Below are positions 1 to 9,541 of a stretch of DNA of 64,000 nucleotides, in pieces. The first letter of the stretch is position 1; each line of letters starts with the position of its first letter. The notes beneath the pieces are model-generated. The model saw only the letters and a list, made by a program, of their open reading frames with translations, did not search any database and was not told the DNA's origin. The position numbers and the translations under genes are program-made. The DNA comes from Rubripirellula sp. (GTDB taxonomy: Bacteria > Planctomycetota > Planctomycetia > Pirellulales > Pirellulaceae), in contig OZ244207.1 of the NCBI GenBank assembly GCA_965216875.1, positions 6,528,001-6,592,000 on the forward strand. Reading direction: 5' to 3'.

Positions 1-453
1 TACCTTGAAGCCAAGCGTGATCTTCCTGCCTTCCGCGGTGAAACTCCCGCCGAGTTCGCTGGATGGTTGCGCGGAATGCTCAAGAACAATGTGGCGACGG
101 CGGTGACGCGCCACGTTACCACACAAAAGCGTTCTCTCACGCGCGAAGTCGATGCTTCCCCACGACCCGGAAGCGATTCCGCAGGTGCTTGGATACAACA
201 GTTGCCCGGCAGCACGACCAGCCCAAGTGGCGTCGCGATTCGATCGGAGGCGGTGATGGCTTTGCTTGAATCGTTGCACGAACTTCCCGAGACCCAAGCG
301 GAAGCGATTCGATTGCGATACATGGAAGGACTTCCGCTAGCGGAGATTGTCGAGCGTATGGGAAAGAGCGATACCGCAGTCGCAGGACTGCTCAAACGCG
401 GACTGCAAAAGTTGCGAACGATCATGGACACCCAAAGCAGCCCCTGGCTCTAG
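1..453 (+). CDS. ECF sigma-70 factor, planctomycete kinase-associated type (5' truncated)
   Basis: Frame 1 is open from base 1 (YLEAKRDLPAFRGETPAEFAGWLRGML = region 2). It has a TTSPS linker and region 4 'LPETQAEAIRLRYMEGLPLAEIVERMGKSDTAVAGLLKRGLQKLR', and lies directly upstream of a Ser/Thr kinase. Confidence 0.9.
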   Translation, partial: YLEAKRDLPAFRGETPAEFAGWLRGMLKNNVATAVTRHVTTQKRSLTREVDASPRPGSDSAGAWIQQLPGSTTSPSGVAIRSEAVMALLESLHELPETQAEAIRLRYMEGLPLAEIVERMGKSDTAVAGLLKRGLQKLRTIMDTQSSPWL

Positions 454-648
454 CCAATCAGAGTGCTAGCTTTCGGATTGGACCAACATGCTGGCCAAAT
501 CATGACCCGGCTCAACCAACCCCAGCGCAGACACCGATCGCCAACGCATCAACGGAGCGCCTCACAATTTCGAGAATGAGGCCTTAAACGTACGGCCTGT
601 TCCTTTTCACTTTTCCTAGCCGGACTCGTTCAAGTCCCGAATGTATCG

Positions 649-2808
649 ATGGCTGAACCGCCCACCGACGATCCTCTCGACGAAGCTTTCGCAGCCTACT
701 TGCGATTGTGCGATACCGGTGAAGTCACCAGCCGGGAAGAGTTCCTTGCGCAGTTCCCGGAATTCGCAGACGAACTGAAAGAGTTAATGGAACAGGCCGA
801 CGTCATCGGTCGCGTGACATTGAGTGGTGCGCCGCAAGGATTGGGCGAAAACGCGGAAGTGGTTCCCGGTGCCGACACCATTTCATCTCACGCTGGTGAC
901 CCAGCCGATTCGGGAGGCGATCCGGCGGCGACCCTACCGATGGCCAATCGGCGCAAAGGGGATCCCGGTCCAACATTGCCATTCGACCTTGGCGATTATC
1001 AATTACTTGAAGTGATTGGTCGCGGCGGTATGGGTGTGGTCTATCTGGCCAAACAAAACCATCTCGACCGAATGGTCGCCGTGAAAATGATTCGGGGCGG
1101 CATGCTTGCCGACGAAGCGGATGTCCGTCGGTTCTATACCGAAGCTCAGGCGGCGGCACGCCTTCATCACGCAGGAATCGTCTCGGTTCATCAGTTCGGA
1201 CGCCGCGCGGGACACCACTTCTTTTCGATGGAATACATTCGCGGCACCGACCTGCAGCGAAAAATTGACAGCAGTGTGATGGAGCCCGAAGAAGCGGCTC
1301 GCTATGTACGCGATGTGGCGCGTGCCATTCACCACGCTCACCAAAACGGTGTGTTGCATCGCGATTTGAAGCCTGCCAACGTCCTGATTGACAAGCAGAA
1401 CCAGATCCACGTGACTGACTTTGGATTGGCCAAACACATGGATGCCGACAGTAGCGTCACCCATAGCGGTGCTGCTGTCGGAACGCCTCACTACATGGCT
1501 CCCGAGCAAGCTGGTGGGCATAGTGATCGCGCCAGTCGTCACAGCGACATCTACTCGCTCGGCGCTGTTCTTTTCGCGTGCCTTGCTGGTCGGCCGCCGA
1601 TCATTGCCGACACCGTCGTGCAAACGCTTGTCCAGGTCGTCCACAATCCAGCGCCGCCACTGCGTTCGGTTCGGGCTGACGCTCCAATGGATTTGGAAAC
1701 AATCGTCGCCAAATGTTTGGAAAAGAACCCCGCTAAGCGGTACGACACGGCCGAGCATTTGGCCGATGAACTTGACGCCTATCTTGAAGGACGCCCGATC
1801 GATGCCCGGCCTCGGTCGCGAGCGATGCGGGTTTGGCATTGGATCGAAGGGGTTCCGGTCGTCGGTGCCCTCACCGGGCGCCGCGTATTGAATGCATCGG
1901 AGAGTCATCGTCGCTTTCAAGCCGCGTTGCTCTTGTTCGCGTCGTTGTCTCCGTTCCTGTTGGTGGGGGCAATGGTGATTTGGAATCGCCACCTTCAATC
2001 GATGCCCGCCGACATTGCCATTGGCGGCGGATTGACCGGAGGCGTCTACAACGATTTCTCGGACGAGCTGGCGCAGCGAATTCAAGCCGCGTACGACGTG
2101 CCTGCTAAGGTCGTTCAAAGTGGTGGATCGGACGACAACCGCGAAAAGTTGCTCTCACGTGCGATTGATCTTGCGCCGATGCAGGCAACGGCGATCATTG
2201 GCGACGACCTTTGCGTGGTGGCACCCCTCTTCTATGAAGCCATTCACGTTTTAGTGCAAAAGGAATCGCAAATCACTTCGGTGCGTGAGCTTGGCGGACG
2301 AAGTGTTGCGGTGGGACCGGTCGGAAGCGGGTCGCGCGTCACGGCTGACCTCGTTTTTCAGTCGCTCGGGTTAAGTGACAACGTGGATCGAAAGTTGGTG
2401 CCGTGGACAACACTTGCCGAGCCCGACGCACCCGAGGCCGCGATCATCTGTATTGGCCGAGGCAGCCCTCTGGTGACCGAACTGCTGGGAAGTGGTGATT
2501 GGTCGCTGTTGTCGCTGCCGATGGCGAATCAGATTTCGGAACAGCATCCGACGTTACGAACCATCACCATTGCTCAGCGACACTACGAACAGGCTGCGTT
2601 ACCGGAACAAGGCATTGCGACGGTTGGCACAACCGCGTTCTTGGCGACGATTCAAGATGCGCCAAGCGAGCTTGTGACGGGAACCCTCGAGGCGCTTTAC
2701 CAAGACCCTCCGATTATCGGTTTGATCCCACGCGATCGAGCGGCCGAGTGGCATGGCCTCGATTTCCACCCGGCAGCGCGCGACTATTTCTTTCACAGCG
2801 ACCGATAG
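649..2808 (+). CDS. Hanks-type Ser/Thr protein kinase with TM helix and C-terminal TAXI-type (TRAP) solute-binding domain
   Basis: Kinase motifs GRGGMGVVY, VAVK, HRDLKPAN, DFG and GTPHYMAPE are present, then a TM segment (ALLLFASLSPFLLVGAMVIW). The C-terminus carries TAXI hallmarks: IGGGLTGGVY, SGGSDDN, VAPLFYEAIHVLV and VAVGPVGSGS. Confidence 0.9.
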   Translation: MAEPPTDDPLDEAFAAYLRLCDTGEVTSREEFLAQFPEFADELKELMEQADVIGRVTLSGAPQGLGENAEVVPGADTISSHAGDPADSGGDPAATLPMANRRKGDPGPTLPFDLGDYQLLEVIGRGGMGVVYLAKQNHLDRMVAVKMIRGGMLADEADVRRFYTEAQAAARLHHAGIVSVHQFGRRAGHHFFSMEYIRGTDLQRKIDSSVMEPEEAARYVRDVARAIHHAHQNGVLHRDLKPANVLIDKQNQIHVTDFGLAKHMDADSSVTHSGAAVGTPHYMAPEQAGGHSDRASRHSDIYSLGAVLFACLAGRPPIIADTVVQTLVQVVHNPAPPLRSVRADAPMDLETIVAKCLEKNPAKRYDTAEHLADELDAYLEGRPIDARPRSRAMRVWHWIEGVPVVGALTGRRVLNASESHRRFQAALLLFASLSPFLLVGAMVIWNRHLQSMPADIAIGGGLTGGVYNDFSDELAQRIQAAYDVPAKVVQSGGSDDNREKLLSRAIDLAPMQATAIIGDDLCVVAPLFYEAIHVLVQKESQITSVRELGGRSVAVGPVGSGSRVTADLVFQSLGLSDNVDRKLVPWTTLAEPDAPEAAIICIGRGSPLVTELLGSGDWSLLSLPMANQISEQHPTLRTITIAQRHYEQAALPEQGIATVGTTAFLATIQDAPSELVTGTLEALYQDPPIIGLIPRDRAAEWHGLDFHPAARDYFFHSDR

Positions 2809-2954
2809 AGTCTGCTCGTCATAATCGTCACAACTCCTCTCGTTGGAGATTCACATTGACGACATGGTGACCTTCTGTGCCCCTCGCTTCGTGGTGTGAG
2901 CCATCCGAAACCTAGAGTTTGGCAAACCACCTCGGTAGGTCCGACTGAAGGTCT

Positions 2955-4868
2955 ATGACGACAGAGAGCAGCGAAACGCAGTCCCCACGCACGGCTGAAA
3001 GACCGTCTGAGGACAACCTGCGCGATCACCACGGCTCGCTGCGCAGCAAGCTGGTGCTTTCTTTGGCTGCGATGTTCTTCGTCTTCCTTACGATTGACGA
3101 AATGGTTCGTCAGCAGGTGATCAAACCCGAATTCGCGGCACTTGAACGTGCGGGCGCGATTCGCGATGCAAATCGAGTGATGGCGGCGATCAACGCGAAC
3201 GTCGATCACCTCAGCGATTTGGCCGAACATTGGGCCGGTACGGCGGATCTCGAGCATCTGCGTGAAGACGTTGGCTTCAAAGAGCAACAACAACCCCACC
3301 TCGACCAAGAGAATATGGAGTGGGTTGCCGCGGTAATGAATGACGGGAGCTGGCGCTGGCTACAACGCAGTCGAGCCATCGAAGCTGCCGGAATCGCGGA
3401 CACTGACTTTCGCGAACTCGCTGGTCTTTGCCTGGAATCCGACACACGATTGTTGCGCGGAATGACTCGCATTGGCGGTCAGTCACTGATGATGTTCGCC
3501 GCTGTCGAATCACCATCGGCCGATGACCCAGGTCCGCAGTGCAGTCGGCTGGTCGTGGGCCGGGCGGTTGACCAGGCTTTGGTCGAAACGCTCCGCAAAC
3601 AAACACAAGTTGATTTCACGTTGCAATCACTTCGTGACGGATCACGCGAGAAGAAGCTTAGCGTTTGGGAAGCTGACGATTCGATCTTGGTCGTCGAATT
3701 CCAACTCGCTGGGCTCAACAACCAACAACTAGCAAACCTTTATGTGCAAGTGCCGCGCGACATCACGGCACACAGCAGCCATACGAACTCGGTCGCTCGC
3801 AACTCGTTTATCTTCGGAGCCGTTGGCGCACTGTTGCTGCTTCTGCTGTTGTTGCAGCGAATCGTCATTGGCCCACTGACATCGATCCGTGAACACTCCG
3901 ATCGAGTTGCCGAGCAGGGGTTGGAAACGGATCCCTTGGTTCTGCCTAGCAACGACGAGATCGGCGAACTCGCATCAGCATTCGACAACATGATGCTTCG
4001 GTTGCGAGACACCCAGACACAACTCGCCGAAGCCTCTCGGGCCGCAGGACGCAGTCAAGTCGCAAGCACCGTGATTCACAACGTTGGCAACGTTTTGACA
4101 AACGTCAACAGCTTGCTGGATGTTGCGGCTGGGCGTGTTGACGGACTTCGGATCGAACCGCTCAGCAAGCTCGCGGATTGTTTGCGAGGAGCCGAGGGTA
4201 CCGACGGAGGGTTGATTGATGCGACGCCAGATTACCTTCAAGGTCTCGCCGAGTCGCTCGATTCGGACCGCGAAACCATTTCACAGTTGATTTCGACGTT
4301 GCACGACAACGTCCGCCACATTCACGATGTGATTCGCGACCAACAACGACATACAGGCCACGAATTAAAGCGTCAGTCAATCCGCCTCCAGGATGTGGTG
4401 GACGAGGCGATCGGATGCTGCCGCGCTCGGCTGGACCAAGACAACGTGCAAGTGAGTGTCAATGGTGACATCGATGTCGACGTTCAAAGTGATCATTCGC
4501 TGCTGTTGCAGACCGTGATCAACGTGATCGGAAACGGACGTCACGCGACGCGTTTGGTTGACCAACCGCGCACGATCGACATCATCGGCAAAACGAACAA
4601 CGATTCGGTCAGCGTGTCGTTTCGCGATAACGGCATCGGAATGAATGAAGAGACGCTCGCACGTGTCTTTGACGCACACTTCACGACCAAGAAAACGGGA
4701 AGCGGACTCGGATTGCATTTCTGTGCGATTACGTTGAAACGACTCGGCGGATCGATCGAAGCAACCAGCGATGGACCGGGACAGGGCGCGACGTTCATCG
4801 TCACGCTGCCGTTAGCCGAGAGTAGCCAACGCTTGAATTCGACCCAGGCAGCGGGGGCGTTGGCATGA
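2955..4868 (+). CDS. Membrane sensor histidine kinase (CHASE4-like periplasmic region, HAMP, HisKA-like, HATPase)
   Basis: Two TM segments, HAMP (DEIGELASAFDNM), H-box VIHNVGN, N-box INVIGN, G1 DNGIGM, F/G2 FDAHFTTKKTGSGLGL. Confidence 0.9.
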   Translation: MTTESSETQSPRTAERPSEDNLRDHHGSLRSKLVLSLAAMFFVFLTIDEMVRQQVIKPEFAALERAGAIRDANRVMAAINANVDHLSDLAEHWAGTADLEHLREDVGFKEQQQPHLDQENMEWVAAVMNDGSWRWLQRSRAIEAAGIADTDFRELAGLCLESDTRLLRGMTRIGGQSLMMFAAVESPSADDPGPQCSRLVVGRAVDQALVETLRKQTQVDFTLQSLRDGSREKKLSVWEADDSILVVEFQLAGLNNQQLANLYVQVPRDITAHSSHTNSVARNSFIFGAVGALLLLLLLLQRIVIGPLTSIREHSDRVAEQGLETDPLVLPSNDEIGELASAFDNMMLRLRDTQTQLAEASRAAGRSQVASTVIHNVGNVLTNVNSLLDVAAGRVDGLRIEPLSKLADCLRGAEGTDGGLIDATPDYLQGLAESLDSDRETISQLISTLHDNVRHIHDVIRDQQRHTGHELKRQSIRLQDVVDEAIGCCRARLDQDNVQVSVNGDIDVDVQSDHSLLLQTVINVIGNGRHATRLVDQPRTIDIIGKTNNDSVSVSFRDNGIGMNEETLARVFDAHFTTKKTGSGLGLHFCAITLKRLGGSIEATSDGPGQGATFIVTLPLAESSQRLNSTQAAGALA

Positions 4869-6874
4869 CCCAAACATTTTCTGCCGTAAGACGCGTGTTG
4901 ATCGTCGACGACCAACAGGCGATTCACGACACATTCGAACGTGTTTTTGCCTCGAAAAAATCGGGCAACGATGCACTCGCCGAGTTTGAAGCCAAGTTCC
5001 TTTCGGGCTCGGGAAAACATGCCGAATCGCCGGCTCACAAAGGCGAACCCCAATACGATGTCGCGCATGCCACCAGCGGCGAACAGGCGTTGGAGCTCGC
5101 GCAGCAAGCCGAAGACCAAGACGATGGCTTTCTGGTTGCCTTCGTCGATATGCGCATGCCGGGCCTTGATGGACTCGAAACGACCGAAAAGCTCTGGGAG
5201 ATCACGCCGAATCTGCAGGTCGTGATTTGCACCGCCTATAGCGACCATATGTGGGACGACGTCCTAAAGAAGCTCGGCTACAACGATCGATTGCTGCTGT
5301 TGCGAAAGCCATTCGAATCGGATGAAGCACGCCAATTGGCGCTCGCACTGAGCGAAAAGAGCCGGCTGGCGATGATCCAGAAACAACGATTCGAGGATCT
5401 GGGTCGCGAAGTCGAATGTCGGCGCCGAGCCGAAGACAACATGCGGGACATGGCCCACCGCGATTCGTTGACCGCCCTTCCCAACCGACAGTTCTTGCTT
5501 GAAAAGCTGGACGAAATCGTCAATCGGCACCGCGATCACCGCGACCTGCCACAAGATGCCGTCCTGTTTCTTGACTTGGACAACTTCAAGATCATCAACG
5601 ACAGTTTGGGACACGACGCCGGCGACGATCTTCTTAATCAAGTCGCCTCGCGGCTGAAGGAATGCGTTCGCGAACACGACACCGCGACTCGCGTGGGTGA
5701 AAAAGAAGGCAAAACCGTTCGCCTGGGTGGCGACGAGTTCGTGATCCTGCTTGAACAGTTGAGCGATTCGAAGGATGCATTGGCGGTGGCCGAACGCATC
5801 GTCAAACGCATTAGCGATCCGTTTCAGCTCGGCGACCGATTGGTCACGATTGGAACAAGTGTTGGCGTCGCCTATATCGATCACAATATCAATGATGCTA
5901 GCGAGGCGTTACGCAACGCAGATACCGCGATGTATCGCGCGAAACACACGGGCAAAGGTCAGATTTCGATCTTCGATCAAACCATGCACGAAGCGGTTGT
6001 CGCACGCATGGAACTTGAGGACCGCCTCCGCCACGCCGTGCAACATGAAGCGTTTGAGTTGCACTACCAACCGATCGTCAATCTATCGTCAGCAACCATC
6101 CAGGGCGTTGAAGTTCTGCTGCGTTGGCGCGATGGCAGCGGCGAATATGTGCCGCCCGGTCACTTCATTCCGATCATTGAAGAGATCGGCTTGATTCGAC
6201 AGGTTGGAGAGTGGGTGCTCGAGACCGCGATGAACGAGTTTGGCGCGTTGCTCGGCAGATTGCCCGACCAATGTGGTGATGTCTACCTTGGCGTGAATGT
6301 CTCGCCCCGACAAATGGGCGACCTGTTTTTCCTTGAGCGTCTCAACAAAATCATCAAGACCGCGGGCTTTGACCGGCGTCTGTTGAAGTTGGAGATGAAC
6401 GAAGCGGGCGACACGCGGCACAGCCAGCTTTGTTTCGAAACAATGCAGGACCTGCATGCCTCGGGTGTTGGCATCCAAATTGATGACTTTGGCAAAGGCC
6501 ATTCGTCTTTGAATTGTTTCCAAGCCTATCCCATCGAAACGGTGAAGATCGATCGTAGCTTTACCGCTTCGATTGCCAGCGACCATAGTCACGCTGTGAT
6601 CACTCAGGCGATCGTGCAGTTGGCTCACCACCTAAACGCGAAAATCATTGCCGAAGGTGTCGAGTCGCAAGATCAACTCGAGTCGCTGCGGAAATGGGGA
6701 TGCGATGCGGCACAGGGATACCTGTTTGCTGCCCCGTTGACTCTAGGCGAACTCAACGAGTTGCTGCTCAATCAGAGTGCCAGCAAAGGCATTCAGATGC
6801 TTCGCAGTGGTGCAATGCCGTCGCTTGCGTTTGACGGCAATGCGACTCAACAGATCAACTTGACCACTAGATGA
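4865..6874 (+). CDS. Response regulator diguanylate cyclase/phosphodiesterase (REC-GGDEF-EAL)
   Basis: REC (VLIVDD, FVDMRMPG, RKP), GGDEF (DLDNFKIINDSLGHDAGD, RLGGDEF) and EAL (EVLLRW, NVS, DDFGKGHSS, KIDRSF, EGVE, QGY). ATGA overlap with the histidine kinase gene. Confidence 0.93.
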   Translation: MTQTFSAVRRVLIVDDQQAIHDTFERVFASKKSGNDALAEFEAKFLSGSGKHAESPAHKGEPQYDVAHATSGEQALELAQQAEDQDDGFLVAFVDMRMPGLDGLETTEKLWEITPNLQVVICTAYSDHMWDDVLKKLGYNDRLLLLRKPFESDEARQLALALSEKSRLAMIQKQRFEDLGREVECRRRAEDNMRDMAHRDSLTALPNRQFLLEKLDEIVNRHRDHRDLPQDAVLFLDLDNFKIINDSLGHDAGDDLLNQVASRLKECVREHDTATRVGEKEGKTVRLGGDEFVILLEQLSDSKDALAVAERIVKRISDPFQLGDRLVTIGTSVGVAYIDHNINDASEALRNADTAMYRAKHTGKGQISIFDQTMHEAVVARMELEDRLRHAVQHEAFELHYQPIVNLSSATIQGVEVLLRWRDGSGEYVPPGHFIPIIEEIGLIRQVGEWVLETAMNEFGALLGRLPDQCGDVYLGVNVSPRQMGDLFFLERLNKIIKTAGFDRRLLKLEMNEAGDTRHSQLCFETMQDLHASGVGIQIDDFGKGHSSLNCFQAYPIETVKIDRSFTASIASDHSHAVITQAIVQLAHHLNAKIIAEGVESQDQLESLRKWGCDAAQGYLFAAPLTLGELNELLLNQSASKGIQMLRSGAMPSLAFDGNATQQINLTTR

Positions 6875-9380
6875 TCGCCAACGGGTCCCGTTTGGATTCC
6901 AGTGTTCCGCGCGTCACGCCCACACTGTTGGTCGCCTTGAGCGTTCGCCAAACGTCTTGCGAACCAATCTCTTTACGCAGCAGACGCTGATAGATTTCGA
7001 TCGCTCTTTTCGTTTCGCTCGGGTTCTGCTGCAGCAATTCGATGCGAAACCAATTCACACCCATTTGCGTCAATTCGGTGACGGTTTCGGCGCCGCTCTG
7101 GGGCGTCGCGTTATAGAGAGTGTTTCGGCAAGCCACATCGGCCTGCAACGGATGTTCGGCACCCACGCGATCACGCAGTTCAACGACGTGATCATCACAT
7201 GGCCGACCGCAATTGGTTTTGTTGGTGCCAGGCGATAAGACGCTGCAAAACACACAGTGCTCCATATGGAACATTGGCATGTGCTGGTGAATCACGACTT
7301 CCATCCAGCTCGGCGGCAAACTTTCAATGAGCTCGGAGAGTTGGTCGCGATTGAGATCGTAGGACGCAGTGACCCGCTCGCAGCCGAGTTCACGTAGCCA
7401 TTGGGCTGATCGATGATTGGCGACGTTCAAAGAAAAGTCTGCGATCACGGGTATGCCCGCCTCGGTGCCAAAGCGAATCGCCGCAAGGTTGCGTGCCAAC
7501 AAGAAATCGGGCTTGCGTTTTGCGATTGCCTTGAGTAATCCCATCTCGGACGGTTTCTGGATTCGCACGCTCGCAAGCGCGATCGGCATTTGATTCGATC
7601 GGCAGACTTCGACAGCCGTTTGGTATTCACGAATGTCGTGAAAATCGGCGTAAAGCACTTCGGGGCGGTCGTGCGATTCGGCAGCCGATTTGACTTGATC
7701 AATGGTTCGGCAGAGCACCACCAGCTTTGGCGCGACATGATCGCGAACATCCGTTTCCGGCGTGATTCGGTCGAGCATGCGTTGCCCACCAACGACATCG
7801 ATGGTGCGCGCGGGCGGTTGGTCGAGTCGGGCGATCAGCTGTTCAACCAGGTCACGTCGCAACTGGTTCAACATGCCGACGGGAACCATTGGGTCGTGGT
7901 GGATTTCTGCGGTGAACGTGCCCAGGACAAAGGGTGTTCCGCCAAGTCGCTCGAGCTTTTCTTGCAGCATCGATCGCGTTGCGGGACGCGTCCGAGCCGC
8001 CTGCAAGGGATCCGGACCGTGGACGGTTTCACGGATACCTGCGACCGATCCGGTTAACGCAATCGGTTTTCCCGTTTCAGCTTTGACGGCCAAATCAAGC
8101 GTTTGTCGACGCGTCGGATCTTCAGATGAAAAGGTTTGACGTAGCTTTCGATTCAGTTGTGGGTCGTCATTCTTGAACACCTTGGCGTCGAGCTGAATTC
8201 GATTCCAATCGATCTCGCCGCGGCCAAATCCAATCCATGCGTTCTGACCCGCTTCGAGCTTTTTGCAACGCTCGCCGACATCGTTGTGCAACGAGTAGAT
8301 GCGCCCACCTTGGTCTTCGTTGCCGTCGTAGCCGACGATCGCAAGTCCGTCACCAAGGGCAACCGGAGCATCAAGCCAAAGTTTGATTTGTTCGGAATCC
8401 TCTTCAATGATCGTGCCAAGTTCGATTCCACGCTTGGCCGATTGAAGTCCGGGGACAAGCCGTTTGTGGTCATTGCCCTCGAGCCAACCTGGCGTGAAGC
8501 CACGTGAAAACGATAACTCCATTTCCCGCCGATCGTCGTGATCGATTTTGACCGTTCCATCGCGGTAGGCTTGATCGATCGCTTGGCGGTAGTGTTTGGT
8601 GATGTTTGCAACGTATTCGGGGGTCTTCAGTCGGCCTTCGATCTTGATCGATGCGACGCCCGCATCAATCAAGTCGGGGATCGCTGCATAGCCGGCGAGA
8701 TCCTGTGGCGAAAGCAGGTACTTCACGTCACCCAAGTCGCGGTCACGACCATCGCAGATAAGTTCGTAAGGCAAACGACAGGCTTGCGCGCATTGCCCGC
8801 GATTGGCACTGCGTCCACCGAGTGATTCGCTGGTCAAGCATTGCCCCGAATAGGCAACGCAAAGTGCGCCGTGGATGAACACCTCAAGCGGCATGTCGGT
8901 GTTCGCTGCGATCTTGCGAATTTCGGCAAGCGAAAGTTCACGAGCCAGAACCACACGTGCGAGATGAAGCTCTCGTGCCACCGCAATCGTCTCGGCGCTG
9001 GTCAAACTCATTTGCGTCGATGCATGGATCTCGAGCTCGGGGCAGATCGCACGAACGAGCTTCGCGACGCCAAAATCTTGGACCAACACCGCATCGATTC
9101 CCGACGTCGCTACCGCTTCAACCACTTTGACGAGCCGCTCGAGTTCCGAGGGGAACACGAGCGTGTTCATCGTCACGTATCCACGCACGCCACGCCGCCT
9201 CAGCAGCTTTGCCAGCTCGGGAAGGTCAGGGATGCCAAAGTTTTTCGCGCGGTAGCGCGCGTTGAACCCACAGTCCAAACCGAAATAAATCGCGTCGGCA
9301 CCGTTCTCGATCGCGGCGCGCACGCAATCCCAGTCACCGGCGGGGGCGAGAAGTTCGACAGGAGGTTGGTTGGCGGACAT
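6867..9380 (-). CDS. U32 family peptidase-like protein with DUF3656, probable RlhA-type 23S rRNA hydroxylation protein
   Basis: ELLAPAG, GADAIYFG, HASTQMS, CVAYSGQC, NRGQCAQACR and KIEGRLK motifs, plus a long C-terminal half with a second Cys cluster. Start taken at MSANQ (9380). Confidence 0.85.
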   Translation of the reverse strand: MSANQPPVELLAPAGDWDCVRAAIENGADAIYFGLDCGFNARYRAKNFGIPDLPELAKLLRRRGVRGYVTMNTLVFPSELERLVKVVEAVATSGIDAVLVQDFGVAKLVRAICPELEIHASTQMSLTSAETIAVARELHLARVVLARELSLAEIRKIAANTDMPLEVFIHGALCVAYSGQCLTSESLGGRSANRGQCAQACRLPYELICDGRDRDLGDVKYLLSPQDLAGYAAIPDLIDAGVASIKIEGRLKTPEYVANITKHYRQAIDQAYRDGTVKIDHDDRREMELSFSRGFTPGWLEGNDHKRLVPGLQSAKRGIELGTIIEEDSEQIKLWLDAPVALGDGLAIVGYDGNEDQGGRIYSLHNDVGERCKKLEAGQNAWIGFGRGEIDWNRIQLDAKVFKNDDPQLNRKLRQTFSSEDPTRRQTLDLAVKAETGKPIALTGSVAGIRETVHGPDPLQAARTRPATRSMLQEKLERLGGTPFVLGTFTAEIHHDPMVPVGMLNQLRRDLVEQLIARLDQPPARTIDVVGGQRMLDRITPETDVRDHVAPKLVVLCRTIDQVKSAAESHDRPEVLYADFHDIREYQTAVEVCRSNQMPIALASVRIQKPSEMGLLKAIAKRKPDFLLARNLAAIRFGTEAGIPVIADFSLNVANHRSAQWLRELGCERVTASYDLNRDQLSELIESLPPSWMEVVIHQHMPMFHMEHCVFCSVLSPGTNKTNCGRPCDDHVVELRDRVGAEHPLQADVACRNTLYNATPQSGAETVTELTQMGVNWFRIELLQQNPSETKRAIEIYQRLLRKEIGSQDVWRTLKATNSVGVTRGTLESKRDPLAII

Positions 9381-9541
9381 GCGCTCAGTATGACCGCTCG
9401 TTTCGTTGACGCTATCCGTGATTTCCGAAATGGACGACTCCGCGTCCCCTCGATCGACCCGTCTTTCGAACGACGAGCGGCAAGACCCGGCGACTTCGCA
9501 CGGGAGATTTCGTCCAGTCGCGGTTGTCGCAACAATGGGGC

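Noticed and set aside
2920..2952. Second c-di-GMP riboswitch (GGCAAACC...) upstream of the histidine kinase
   Set aside because: Lacks the GNRA loop, the GG pairing partner, GACGCAAAG and the P3 stem.
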